Source: a virus. From it: 53,527 bases of DNA. Below the pieces are notes generated by a model, which saw only the letters and a list, made by a program, of their open reading frames with translations, was not told the DNA's origin and did not search any database. The first letter of the stretch is position 1; each line of letters starts with the position of its first letter. A program made the position numbers and the translations under genes. The DNA lies in IMG/VR virus record IMGVR_UViG_3300044252_000008, positions 1-53,527 of that record, one strand, 5' to 3'. Shown in pieces: positions 34,380-42,514 of the stretch.

Positions 34380-35201
34380 TTAGCTTGTGCGCCTGCGTAG
34401 GCGCCTGACATTGCTGGGCTTGCTGCTGGCGGCCGGGCTGCCCAGCGGTGCGCCACGGCCTGCCTCCATCAGCTGCACCAGCTTGGGCATGGTGGGGTCC
34501 ACGACGCGGTGCGTCTTGGTGTCCATGTCAAACTGGTCCTTCGCGTAGTACCTGTCTGTTGCGTGTGTTCGTAGCACTCTCCTGTTCTTCTGCCCTCCGA
34601 TGGTTGTAACTTCCATGAACAGCGTAGCGTTGGTGTAGCCACAGAACTTGCTGCTCATGTTCTTGCCTTGCACCCAGGGCATCAACTTGCGATCTTCCTC
34701 TGGGTCCTCGCTGGGTAGTAGCTGCGCGCAGTGCGCAGTCCAGCCGAAGTTGAATGTGTCCGGCCCCACCACATGCCGCATCCACACACCCAGCCGGTGC
34801 ATGTTGATGCCGTACTCGCCTTTGTCGGGGCCGTACCTGGCACGGGCGGGCTTCTCATGCACCACCGTGTCCCAGATGTCATCAAGCAGATGGTCCTGCA
34901 TCAGGGACACGCTGTCCAGCCACACCCAGCTGTACTGCTCACCATCTTGGCGCAGGTAGTCCAGCATGCTGTTCATGCCTTCCCAGTCGTACAGCACAGC
35001 CTCTTCCACCTTGCCCGCATCCTCGGGCAGCATGGCGTCGGTGTGGTCGGTGGGTGGCCGGATCAGCAGCGTCTTACCCAGGCGCGCGCTGGTGCCAGCC
35101 AGCCGCGTCTTACCCACGCCAGGGTCGCTGTACACGCACACGCGGGCATGCTTGCTGGGCGTCGTGGCAGGCTGTATGGCCGGGTGCTTAGCCACAGCCA
35201 C
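34380..35201 (-). CDS. AAA_24 / Sak4-like recombination ATPase
   Basis: About 273 aa from GTG 35201 (or 35195). Walker A VYSDPGVGKTRLAG and Walker B-like WVWLDSVS. The track start at 35213 would overlap the zinc-ribbon mini-ORF. Confidence 0.8.
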   Translation of the reverse strand: MAVAKHPAIQPATTPSKHARVCVYSDPGVGKTRLAGTSARLGKTLLIRPPTDHTDAMLPEDAGKVEEAVLYDWEGMNSMLDYLRQDGEQYSWVWLDSVSLMQDHLLDDIWDTVVHEKPARARYGPDKGEYGINMHRLGVWMRHVVGPDTFNFGWTAHCAQLLPSEDPEEDRKLMPWVQGKNMSSKFCGYTNATLFMEVTTIGGQKNRRVLRTHATDRYYAKDQFDMDTKTHRVVDPTMPKLVQLMEAGRGAPLGSPAASSKPSNVRRLRRRTS

Positions 35202-35289
35202 TCGTCTCCCCACATTGCGTGCACGTCACACACGTGCCTGTCTGGATCATCAGCCCACCACACCTCTTGCAAACCTCGGTACGATTCAT
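35188..35289 (-). CDS. 33-aa zinc-ribbon mini-protein
   Basis: Read by hand: MNRTEVCKRCGGLMIQTGTCVTCTQCGETSGCG. SD AGGAG 6 nt upstream. The ATG shares a base with the upstream stop (TGATG). It is below the track cut-off. Confidence 0.5.
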   Translation of the reverse strand: MNRTEVCKRCGGLMIQTGTCVTCTQCGETSGCG

Positions 35290-35504
35290 CACAGGCTCCT
35301 ACGCGCACGGCTGGCGGCCAGGCTGGCCATGCACTCCTCTTCGATCTCGCTGAGGGCATAGGGGCCGCCGTTGCGTTGGGCGCTGCCGTACACCAGCGTA
35401 CGCAGGGCCTGACGCTCGCGGTGGCGGCGCACGATGCCCACAGCCAGCCAGGTGAAGCTAGCCACCCACACCGCAGCAGCGGCCACGATCAGTATCCAGA
35501 GCAT
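35289..35504 (-). CDS. Small membrane protein
   Basis: 71 aa from ATG 35504 (SD AGGAG). TM helix MLWILIVAAAAVWVASFTWLAVGIV. Confidence 0.5.
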   Translation of the reverse strand: MLWILIVAAAAVWVASFTWLAVGIVRRHRERQALRTLVYGSAQRNGGPYALSEIEEECMASLAASRARRSL

Positions 35505-35511
35505 AGTTCTC

Positions 35512-35877
35512 CTAGTTGTTCGGGGCCGCGTCACGGCGCCTTTCGGTTACACACTCTTCGCAGTCACAGTGGGCGCTGAGCCAGAACAACTGGTACGCAG
35601 CGTTCGCTGCTGCATCGAACGCCACCTTGGCACCCTTGACGGCATCCAGCATGGCCTTGGCCAGTTCTGCGTGTTCAGGCGAGTCGCTGTTGCCCGCCAG
35701 GCTGGCAGCACACCGCACCAGTTCGCGGCTGTGCTGGTACACCTGCGTGGTCAGCGCCAGGTGCTGGGCAATGGGGTCACCCTCAGTCAGCATCTCCACC
35801 ATGGCTCCAGGCCCCATGCCCAGCGCCATGCGCTTCAGGTCGTCTACAGTAATATCTTCATCGGTCATGGTCGTCAC
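35512..35877 (-). CDS. Hypothetical protein
   Basis: About 118-121 aa (GTG 35877 or ATG 35868; it overlaps the nuclease gene end). C-terminal CDCEEC. Confidence 0.55.
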   Translation of the reverse strand: MTTMTDEDITVDDLKRMALGMGPGAMVEMLTEGDPIAQHLALTTQVYQHSRELVRCAASLAGNSDSPEHAELAKAMLDAVKGAKVAFDAAANAAYQLFWLSAHCDCEECVTERRRDAAPNN

Positions 35878-36892
35878 TCAGTTCGTGGTCAGCGTATGGG
35901 TTCCAGGTGATGGTGGTCTGGGCCAGGACCTCTTGCCAGTCCCCACCCGTCTCATGTAGCTCGCACGCCTCACGCACGGCGCAGCCCCGGCAGTTGGGGA
36001 ACATCAGGTAGCCAGGGTTCTTGTACAGCGGCAGCTGCCCGGCACGGGCCAGCAGCAGTTCCTGTGCCTCCTGCACCACACGCTCGTGCATGTTGCGGCG
36101 GTCTGTCTCATCGCGGTACACAGGCACGCGTGAGAAGTACGGCGCAGGCTGGCGCTTGCTTACACTGCCGTCCTTGTTCAGCAAGTGGCCCTCAGCGTTG
36201 CGCCGTGCATCCGGGTCAGGCGCGCTCTTGCGCAGGAACGTGTACAGGATGTCGCTAAGCATCTCACCAGCAGCCAGCAGGCCCTGCCGGTGCAACCACT
36301 TGGGTCCGTATGTCCAGTACATGCCAGCCTGCTCATCCATGGGCAGCCCGTCCAGGCTGATGGCCGTGCACGTCTTGAACTCTTTGAACGACAGGCGCTT
36401 GGTCTTACGGTGGCGCCACACCCCGTCGAAGGTACCGACTGCCTTGAAGGTGAAGGGTGGGTACACCAATGCGCTCTTACCCTCCTCCAGCCATACACGG
36501 CGCTCGGGCACACGCACCGGCAGCTGGAACGTCTGCTCACTGCTGATCACCTCGTACTCCTCGTCCTCAGCTGCGTACCGTTCAACGTACCCGTGCAGCA
36601 TGGCCTGGCCTAGATCCAGCGCGTTCACCCACTCTTCATCCACAAACACATCAAACCCACGGTCCTTCTGTTCAGCGGCCTGCTCGTAGTACAGCTTCTC
36701 AAACACATCCCACGGTCGTGGGCCGCGCTTGGTGCCGGGCACGTAGTACGCAGCCAGCCCAGCATGGACCAAGCTGCCGAAACGCAAGGCCCCGGCAGCC
36801 TGTGCCGCTTGCCGCGCATCACGGTAGGTCCAGGCCCACCTGTGGCGGCAAGTCTTCCACGCCTGCACTTCACTGTTCCGCACCAGAAGCAC
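35858..36892 (-). CDS. Cas4/RecB-like PD-(D/E)XK exonuclease with four-Cys cluster
   Basis: About 344 aa from GTG 36892 (downstream of TACAACC and GGAGG). FDGVW..SFKEFKT is the D..ExK motif. Cys in WKTCRHRW plus CRGCAVREAC matches the Cas4/AddB iron-sulfur Cys pattern. Confidence 0.8.
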   Translation of the reverse strand: MLLVRNSEVQAWKTCRHRWAWTYRDARQAAQAAGALRFGSLVHAGLAAYYVPGTKRGPRPWDVFEKLYYEQAAEQKDRGFDVFVDEEWVNALDLGQAMLHGYVERYAAEDEEYEVISSEQTFQLPVRVPERRVWLEEGKSALVYPPFTFKAVGTFDGVWRHRKTKRLSFKEFKTCTAISLDGLPMDEQAGMYWTYGPKWLHRQGLLAAGEMLSDILYTFLRKSAPDPDARRNAEGHLLNKDGSVSKRQPAPYFSRVPVYRDETDRRNMHERVVQEAQELLLARAGQLPLYKNPGYLMFPNCRGCAVREACELHETGGDWQEVLAQTTITWNPYADHELSDDHDR

Positions 36893-36911
36893 GCTCTTAG
36901 ATCCTCCATTA

Positions 36912-36970
36912 GGTTGTACACACACCGGGCCAGCCCGCGCACACTACCACCCCGCAGTGGCAGCGTGCAG
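36912..36970 (-). promoter_or_regulatory. Putative promoter CTGCAC-18-TAGTGT with TACAACC leader for the nuclease operon
   Basis: -35 at 36965-36970 and -10 at 36941-36946. TACAACC at 36912-36918, then GGAGG. The same -35 sequence and spacing occur at 39466-39495. Confidence 0.4.
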
Positions 36971-37008
36971 GCTGGCCCCCAAAGCCGCTGCACTGTGCGG
37001 CAAACCGC

Positions 37009-37557
37009 CTAGCAGCCCACCCAGGCGCCAGCGCCTTGAGCCTGCCACACCCTGGCCGCACACTGCTCCTGGCCAGCCGGACCGCGATCCAGCCCAGCGC
37101 AGAGCGCCGCCCACGTGCTGGGGATGACCTGATACTTGCCATACGCACCCGACGATTCGTTATACGCGGAGTAACTTCCGCCGGACTCGGGCCGCCATGT
37201 GCAGTCGGGCAAGGCCGCCTGATTGAAGTCACTCTGCACCCCAGCCGGTGGCTGCGGCGGTGGCACGGCTCGGCTGAACATGGTAGGCTCGGGCACGCGC
37301 AGCAGCTTGCGCAGCTGGGCGCGGCTGCGCCGGATCTCCCCACAGGTTGCGGTGAACACCACCTTGCGGTACAGCACGCCGTACCTGCGGATGTTGCGGC
37401 CGGGCGCACGCGTGCCATGCTTGTGCGCCACTTGGTGGTACGCGCGGCTGTACGACTCCTCCAGCGGCTTGGGACAGTCTGCCTTGTCGGCCTCGGCAGG
37501 TGTGGCCGGTATGACCACAGCTGCGGCGGCCAAGGGTGCTGCTAGCAGTGCCTTCAC
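37009..37557 (-). CDS. Secreted Rpf-like / transglycosylase-like domain protein
   Basis: 182 aa (GTG start, SD AAGGAGG). Signal peptide MKALLAAPLAAAAVVIPATPAEA. C-terminal DCTWRPESGGSYSAYNESSGAYGKYQVIPSTW..AARVWQAQGAGAWVGC resembles the Rpf core CExxG..N..G.YG.xQ...TW....G..AW..C. Confidence 0.75.
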   Translation of the reverse strand: MKALLAAPLAAAAVVIPATPAEADKADCPKPLEESYSRAYHQVAHKHGTRAPGRNIRRYGVLYRKVVFTATCGEIRRSRAQLRKLLRVPEPTMFSRAVPPPQPPAGVQSDFNQAALPDCTWRPESGGSYSAYNESSGAYGKYQVIPSTWAALCAGLDRGPAGQEQCAARVWQAQGAGAWVGC

Positions 37558-37569
37558 ACTATCTCCTCC

Positions 37570-37758
37570 TTAGTGGATGAGTCCAAGTACTCGTTGACAG
37601 AACGTACAGTCTGGGCGTCCTTTCTCACCCGTTGGCTTGATGTCGTCCATGTTGTACGGGTCGTCTTTGAAGTATTGCCAGCAATGCGTCTTGCCGTTGG
37701 GCATCAAGCTGTGGGTTGCCTTGCCTGCGCCCAGCTTCGCAAGTATGTACTGCTTCAT
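37570..37758 (-). CDS. Hypothetical small protein (lower GC)
   Basis: 62 aa. TGATG junction with the upstream gene. CW..CTFC cysteines. Confidence 0.5.
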   Translation of the reverse strand: MKQYILAKLGAGKATHSLMPNGKTHCWQYFKDDPYNMDDIKPTGEKGRPDCTFCQRVLGLIH

Positions 37759-37997
37759 CAGATGCCCTCCAGGGCTTCGAGCGCACGTTCCAGCCGGGCA
37801 ACCTCTTCCACGGCTGGGCGCAACTGGTCCATGCGCAGCTGTATGTCGTAGCTGATGGTGGCAGCGTTGACCACGCGCGGCTTGCGCGGCAGTGGCAAGT
37901 GCACACGCGCGGGCTGTTCCTCCAGCTTGCCCAGCACGTACCTGGCAGGGTCGCCCGGCACGTAGTCATCTTCTTTCACCATTCGCACAGGTGTCAC
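37758..37997 (-). CDS. Hypothetical small protein
   Basis: 79 aa from GTG 37997 (GTGA overlap; alternative ATG at 37982). Helical C-terminus. Confidence 0.5.
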   Translation of the reverse strand: MTPVRMVKEDDYVPGDPARYVLGKLEEQPARVHLPLPRKPRVVNAATISYDIQLRMDQLRPAVEEVARLERALEALEGI

Positions 37998-38194
37998 CGA
38001 CGCCACCCCACCTGCACCGCCTTGGTGACGCCGTAGCAGGCCGCGCCGAAGGCCGCGCCCGTACCGGCAGCGCAGCCCACGCACACGGCGGCTGGCGCGC
38101 TCACAGCGCCCAGCCCTGCACCCAGGGCCACGTACAACACGGCCTCGGGGTCAACGCGCACCGGCACGGCACGTACCAGCTTCCAGGCGTTCAT
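37994..38194 (-). CDS. Small Gly/Ala-rich hydrophobic protein
   Basis: 66 aa. ATGA overlap with the RHH gene stop. Confidence 0.4.
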   Translation of the reverse strand: MNAWKLVRAVPVRVDPEAVLYVALGAGLGAVSAPAAVCVGCAAGTGAAFGAACYGVTKAVQVGWRR

Positions 38195-38640
38195 GATGCC
38201 TCCTTCTGTTGTAGCTTCTCAGCCAGCCGGGCTTCCTTGTCATCCGCCTTGGCACGATACGACTTGGCTTCCTCCCTGTCCCGGCCGCGTGTGTTGCGCA
38301 GTTGCTCGATGCGCTCTAGCTCACGCAGGTCTTCCTCGTCCTCTGCGATTACCTCGGGCATGTGCCTGTCCAGGTATTCCCATAGCGCCTCGCGCATGAT
38401 GCCTGCGCGGCTGCTGCCGTAACGGCGGCGCACAATGGTGTCCACGTCCATCCACCACGCAGGTGGCACACGCAGGCCGATGCGCTTCCACTTGTGTTCT
38501 TCGGGCACCGGCAGGCCCGCCAGCGCGCGGCGGAACGCTGTGCCCCAGTCCTCGCCGGGGATGTGGTCTTTGGTGCTGGTGATGGCCGCCTGCCGGGACT
38601 GTTCCCAGCGGCGCACCCTTACACGTGGCTCGTCTGTCAT
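38191..38640 (-). CDS. Ribbon-helix-helix (CopG-like) DNA-binding protein with coiled-coil tail
   Basis: 149 aa from ATG 38640 (SD AAGGAG). RRRYGSSRAGIMREALWEYLDRH is RHH-like. The C-terminus is charged and helical. Confidence 0.65.
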   Translation of the reverse strand: MTDEPRVRVRRWEQSRQAAITSTKDHIPGEDWGTAFRRALAGLPVPEEHKWKRIGLRVPPAWWMDVDTIVRRRYGSSRAGIMREALWEYLDRHMPEVIAEDEEDLRELERIEQLRNTRGRDREEAKSYRAKADDKEARLAEKLQQKEAS

Positions 38641-38665
38641 GGTTGTCTCCTTGTGTTGTAGGGGT

Positions 38666-38687
38666 GGCCCCGGCCGTAGCCGGGGCC
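38666..38687 (-). terminator. Hairpin GGCCCCGGC-4 nt-GCCGGGGCC
   Basis: 9-bp perfect GC stem between two cassette genes, flanked on both sides by (C)CTACAAC(C). Confidence 0.6.
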
Positions 38688-38696
38688 GGTTGTAGG

Positions 38697-38951
38697 TTAG
38701 GCAACCACCTCGGCGGGTGCCTCCTCGGTCTCTTCGGCGCCCTCCCTGCCGAACTTGCGCAGTTGCGCAGCCAGGCGGATCAGCTCCAGTGCCAGCTGGT
38801 CGGCCTGGTCGGCGCACAGGAACAGCGGTTCGTACCTGCCCTTCAGCAGCTGGCGGGTGCGCACATACATGGCCACCGACACTAGTGCGCCGTTTTGTGT
38901 CCTCAGGCCCGGTTCGATGGTGTCACCATGCTTGATACCGATAATGCTCAC
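38697..38951 (-). CDS. Hypothetical early protein
   Basis: 84 aa from GTG 38951 (SD GAAGGGAG). Bounded by hairpins on both sides. Confidence 0.55.
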   Translation of the reverse strand: MSIIGIKHGDTIEPGLRTQNGALVSVAMYVRTRQLLKGRYEPLFLCADQADQLALELIRLAAQLRKFGREGAEETEEAPAEVVA

Positions 38952-38982
38952 TGCGTACTCCCTTCTGGTTGGTTGTAAAGGT

Positions 38983-39015
38983 GGCCCGGCCACCACCCGC
39001 GATGGTAGCCGGGCC
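38983..39015 (-). terminator. Hairpin GGCCCGGC-17 nt-GCCGGGCC
   Basis: 8-bp arms at 38983-38990 and 39008-39015. The minus strand then reads ACCTTTACAACC followed by the SD. Confidence 0.45.
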
Positions 39016-39025
39016 GGGTACTGCC

Positions 39026-39343
39026 CTACTGCCGTTCGACCAGGCGGCCCAACACCTTGGCCTTAGCCTCCTCGGCGCTAGCCTCGGCACCGTCCCAGTC
39101 CGGCTGGCCGCCGCGCAGGTCGCCAGCGGCTTCCGGCATGTCCACCTCGTGGCCTGCGTACACCACGTGGTACAGCGATGTGACTTGGCCGTAGTCGCCT
39201 TCGCCACTGATGCTGGCCAGCAACGGCTGGCCCTCCAGGTGGTCCAGCAGCCAGTTCTCCAGCACGTGTGTGGTTGGCCGTACTTCGCCAGCCACGTGTG
39301 ACACCTGCACGTGCAGCGTTACGGTCGCGCGTTGCGCTTCCAT
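39026..39343 (-). CDS. Hypothetical early protein
   Basis: 105 aa. SD AGGAGG. Preceded by TTTTACAACC. Confidence 0.55.
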   Translation of the reverse strand: MEAQRATVTLHVQVSHVAGEVRPTTHVLENWLLDHLEGQPLLASISGEGDYGQVTSLYHVVYAGHEVDMPEAAGDLRGGQPDWDGAEASAEEAKAKVLGRLVERQ

Positions 39344-39465
39344 ACTTACACCTCCTGTGGGGTTGTAAAAGAACGCGGTGCCGCACCCTACAGGGTTGCG
39401 GCGGTGGTAGCGGCCCCGGCCATGCCAGGCACGTTGGGGTGGCGGCGCAGCCGGGGCCTACCGGC

Positions 39466-39495
39466 AACCTAGCACAGCTGGGCGGCCCCGTGCAG
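39466..39495 (-). promoter_or_regulatory. Putative promoter CTGCAC-18-TAGGTT with the CCAGCTGTGCTAGGTT box
   Basis: -10 at 39466-39471. The 16-mer is identical to 21939-21954. A structured leader of about 120 nt follows. Confidence 0.4.
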
Positions 39496-39606
39496 GCCCC
39501 GTGCGGGCCGCCTGCGGGCCTGCGCGCGTGTGGGGCAGCCCAGCCTACCCGTGCGCCGCGCAGGGGCTTAGGCGGGCCGCACGGGCGCCGGGCGGGCATG
39601 GCCCTA

Positions 39607-40116
39607 CTAGCCGCCATGGCGTAACGAACGCCGCTGCCGGTAGGCCGCCTGCCTGCACGGGCTGCTGCAATACTCGCCGCTGCGGCGCACGGGTATGAAC
39701 CACCGGCGGCAGCCCTCGTACGCGCAGCGCAGGCGCATGTGCGCGGGCACCAGCGTCTCCACGTCGCGCTGTAGGTCCAGGTGGTGCAGCAGGTGGTCCT
39801 GGAGCCAGGCGATGTCGGTGCGCACACCTTCAAGCCAGTCCACCACCTCCTCCACGTCAGGCAGGGTGTTGCCCTCCTCGCGTGCGTACGCGCGGGCCAG
39901 CTTGCGGAAGGCAGTGGCCAGGATGGCGTTCTCTGCCTCTTCCATGGCACCCTTGGCCAACGACCACACGCTGTAGGGGTGTGGTGCGTGGTAGATGACC
40001 TTCCGCTCCACCTCTTCCAGATCCTCGGGCGGCTTCTTGCGGTTGCGCCTGTGCGCAGGCTCACCCATCATCTTGCGGTACTGGGTCTCTTCTTGTTCTG
40101 GCTTCTTCTGGGTCAT
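39607..40116 (-). CDS. Hypothetical protein with a C-terminal zinc-ribbon-like motif
   Basis: 169 aa. SD GAGGAG. CAYEGCRRWFIPVRRSGEYCSSPCRQAAYRQRR. Confidence 0.6.
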   Translation of the reverse strand: MTQKKPEQEETQYRKMMGEPAHRRNRKKPPEDLEEVERKVIYHAPHPYSVWSLAKGAMEEAENAILATAFRKLARAYAREEGNTLPDVEEVVDWLEGVRTDIAWLQDHLLHHLDLQRDVETLVPAHMRLRCAYEGCRRWFIPVRRSGEYCSSPCRQAAYRQRRSLRHGG

Positions 40117-40148
40117 AGGTGTTTCTCCTCGTTACGCTAACGTCGCTA

Positions 40149-41951
40149 TTACCGCCCGGCCAGGGCCTTGCCCAGGCCGAGGATGTTGGCGTTATTGATG
40201 GCCTTGCCAGCGGCCACCTCTTGCACGTACTCTTGGATCGTGCCAGCCGTGCGGTAGTACAGGCACACGAGGCTGGTGGTGCGGTTGCGCATGCCCCGGT
40301 CTTCCAGCTGCTCCTGGTCGTCGGGGTTCCACGTCTCGTCCAGGATGTGGATGCTGCCTGTCATGCCCAGGTTCAGGCCCACGCCACCCGTCTGTGTGGT
40401 CATGACCAGCACACGCGCGTCCTCGCTGGGCGCCTTGTACCAATCCAGCACAGCCGTGCGCTTGGCGCCGGTAACGGTGCCGTCCAGCCTGCGCGCGTTG
40501 ATGCCTTGGTCCGCCAGCCAGTCACACACCATCTCCACCATGCGCTGGCTCTCGCTGGCCACCATGGCACGGGCGCCAGGCTGGGCACTGTCGCCTACGC
40601 CACAGCCATGCGTGTCCAGGCGGTCCAGCAGTACCGGCAGCTTGCCGGACTCCTCAGTGGGGAACAGCTTGCCGTCCTTCTCCACCGTGCACAGTGCGTT
40701 CGCCAGCTGCTTCAGCCGGGCGAACTCTGCCAGCACGCCAGTGGCGCTGATCTTGCCACCCTCCAGGTCCACCATGGCCTGCTTCTCGAACTGCCGGTAC
40801 ACCTTGGCCTGCGTGGGCGTCATGGGCGCCTGCACGTCCAGCACCACCTTGGGCGGCAGGCCCGGCAGCACGTCGGCACGGTCGCGGCGCACCATGTGCT
40901 GCGCGTGCGCGTCGTGGAAGGCCGCGTCACGGCCGGGCAGCAGCCCGCCGATCTTCTTGCCGTAGCCGTTGTCGCTGACCACCAGCCACTGCTCGGCCCA
41001 GCGCCACTTGCTGGTGTACAGCTGCGGCTCGATGAAGTGCAGCACACCCCACAGGCGCACAGGCTTGCCACCCATGGGCGTGCCGCTCAGCGCGTACCGA
41101 CGGCCAGCGTTCCGGCCCAGCGCGTCCACTGCGCGGGCGAACAGGGTGTTGCGGTTCTCACCCAGGCCATACTTGTGGAACTCGTCAAGTGTCAGGCTGG
41201 CCCACTGCACCTGGAACAGCGGTGCCACATCGTCCTTGGCCACGTACGCGTTGCCCTTGTGGTCGCGGCTGAGCACCGGGCGCGTGTCGTTCTCTTCCGC
41301 GCGCTGCGTGCGGATCATGTCAGGGTTGACGATCAGCCAGGTGGGGTGCCCGGCCTTGATGTCAGCCAGCGCAGCGTGCATGGCCTTGCGCCTGGCGGCC
41401 GGTGTCTCACCCCAGTGCACGCGCGTGCCCTTGGGCGCATGGGCTGCCAGTTCGTCAGCCCATGGATCCTTGTGCAGCGTGATGGGTGCGATGACAAGGT
41501 GGGCGCCGCCAGCCACGCCAGCTTCCTGCGTGGCGTAGATGACTTCCACGGTCTTGCCGGTGCCCGGCTGGTTGGTGTTCAGCACGTTGGTGCGGGCCAT
41601 CATGGCCACGTCGGCGCGCTGGTACGGGCGCAGCCACGCAGCGGCCTCGTCAGCCACGCGCGCCAGCTGTGCGTCATCCGCACCGGCCACCTGCGCCAGC
41701 GACCGCGCAGCCCGCACCTGCTCGCGGCCCCATGCCTTCAGGCCGTCGCCCAGCTGGAGCGCGCCACCAAACACCTCGCGCAGGCGCTTGGCCGTGGTCA
41801 GGTCCGCTGGCACTGTCCAGTGCTTAGGCGCCGCGTCACCAGCGAAGCGGCGGCCGGGGATCTCCTTCACCGCGGCCACCGCGCTGGGGTCGTACTTGAA
41901 GTACACGCAGATGCGCGTGCCCTGCTCGTTCAGTTCGGCGAAGATCTTCAT
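40149..41951 (-). CDS. SNF2-family helicase/translocase
   Basis: 600 aa. LRPYQ, Walker A QPGTGKT, DExH box TLDEFHKYG, and C-terminal helicase motifs (..TTQTGGVGLNL..). Confidence 0.9.
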   Translation of the reverse strand: MKIFAELNEQGTRICVYFKYDPSAVAAVKEIPGRRFAGDAAPKHWTVPADLTTAKRLREVFGGALQLGDGLKAWGREQVRAARSLAQVAGADDAQLARVADEAAAWLRPYQRADVAMMARTNVLNTNQPGTGKTVEVIYATQEAGVAGGAHLVIAPITLHKDPWADELAAHAPKGTRVHWGETPAARRKAMHAALADIKAGHPTWLIVNPDMIRTQRAEENDTRPVLSRDHKGNAYVAKDDVAPLFQVQWASLTLDEFHKYGLGENRNTLFARAVDALGRNAGRRYALSGTPMGGKPVRLWGVLHFIEPQLYTSKWRWAEQWLVVSDNGYGKKIGGLLPGRDAAFHDAHAQHMVRRDRADVLPGLPPKVVLDVQAPMTPTQAKVYRQFEKQAMVDLEGGKISATGVLAEFARLKQLANALCTVEKDGKLFPTEESGKLPVLLDRLDTHGCGVGDSAQPGARAMVASESQRMVEMVCDWLADQGINARRLDGTVTGAKRTAVLDWYKAPSEDARVLVMTTQTGGVGLNLGMTGSIHILDETWNPDDQEQLEDRGMRNRTTSLVCLYYRTAGTIQEYVQEVAAGKAINNANILGLGKALAGR

Positions 41952-41996
41952 GCTGGCTGGTGCCTCCTTGGGGTCGTAGTGGGCGCTGCGCGCTTC

Positions 41997-42025
41997 ATCC
42001 TAGCAGCTGGGCGGGCAGGCGCCAA
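41997..42025 (-). promoter_or_regulatory. Sigma70-type promoter TTGGCG-17-TAGGAT
   Basis: -35 at 42020-42025 and -10 at 41997-42002. Downstream: AGCGCGCAGCG, CACTACGACC, the SD, then ATG 41951. Confidence 0.55.
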
Positions 42026-42045
42026 GCCCCACCCGCCCACACGCG

Positions 42046-42258
42046 CTAGGCGGCTCCCTTTCTCTTCTTGGGCTGCTCCTGCTCTTCCACGGACCAGTCA
42101 ATGGTGCTGTATGTGCTGTCGTTCTCGGTGTACCACGTGCCCTCGTCGGCGTTCTCTAGGGCTTCCTGCACCTGCGCCTGTAGGTCGTCGCGGCTGGCGA
42201 ACTTGCCCTCGTCCCGTTCCAACACCACGGTTATGAGAAAGCTGAACATGCTAGCCAT
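42046..42258 (-). CDS. Small acidic early protein
   Basis: 70 aa from ATG 42258 (SD AGGAGG, preceded by CCTACAACC). Confidence 0.55.
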   Translation of the reverse strand: MASMFSFLITVVLERDEGKFASRDDLQAQVQEALENADEGTWYTENDSTYSTIDWSVEEQEQPKKRKGAA

Positions 42259-42262
42259 GCTG

Positions 42263-42514
42263 CTACCTCCTGTTGGTTGTAGGTCTACGCTTGGCGCCGC
42301 GCAGCCGCGGCGGGATCTTGGCGGTGCGCCAGCAGTATGTGCAGGGTCTCGTCGCATAGCCTCCGTGCGGCCACGCTGCCGTGACTTGCGCCTCGCCCTG
42401 GCAGCTGGGGCAGCACACGGTCAGGCCGGGCTTAGGCGGGCTAATACCGACCACCCACGTGGGCAGGCTGCCACCCTCCACGGGCGGCAGCTGCCCTGTG
42501 CGGCGCTTGGTCAT
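42263..42514 (-). CDS. Small zinc-ribbon protein
   Basis: 83 aa from ATG 42514 (ATGA overlap). CPSC-19 aa-CTYC. Confidence 0.55.
   Translation of the reverse strand: MTKRRTGQLPPVEGGSLPTWVVGISPPKPGLTVCCPSCQGEAQVTAAWPHGGYATRPCTYCWRTAKIPPRLRGAKRRPTTNRR

Noticed and set aside
39344-39606. A tRNA or small structured ncRNA gene in the larger intergenic gaps (also 44215..44435, 46328..46555 and 23238..23400).
   Set aside because: I could not find a T-loop (GGTTCGAAT-like) box or cloverleaf-compatible arms. The stems present are simple GC hairpins placed just after stop codons or before SDs, which are better explained as terminators or leader structures. A tRNAscan or Infernal run would settle it.
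39078-40064. A 328-aa minus-strand ORF spanning the 39.3-39.6 kb intergenic region.
   Set aside because: It runs through the hairpin- and promoter-rich gap and overlaps two better ORFs (39026..39343 and 39607..40116) out of frame. The sequence is Arg/Ala/Pro-rich with no motif.
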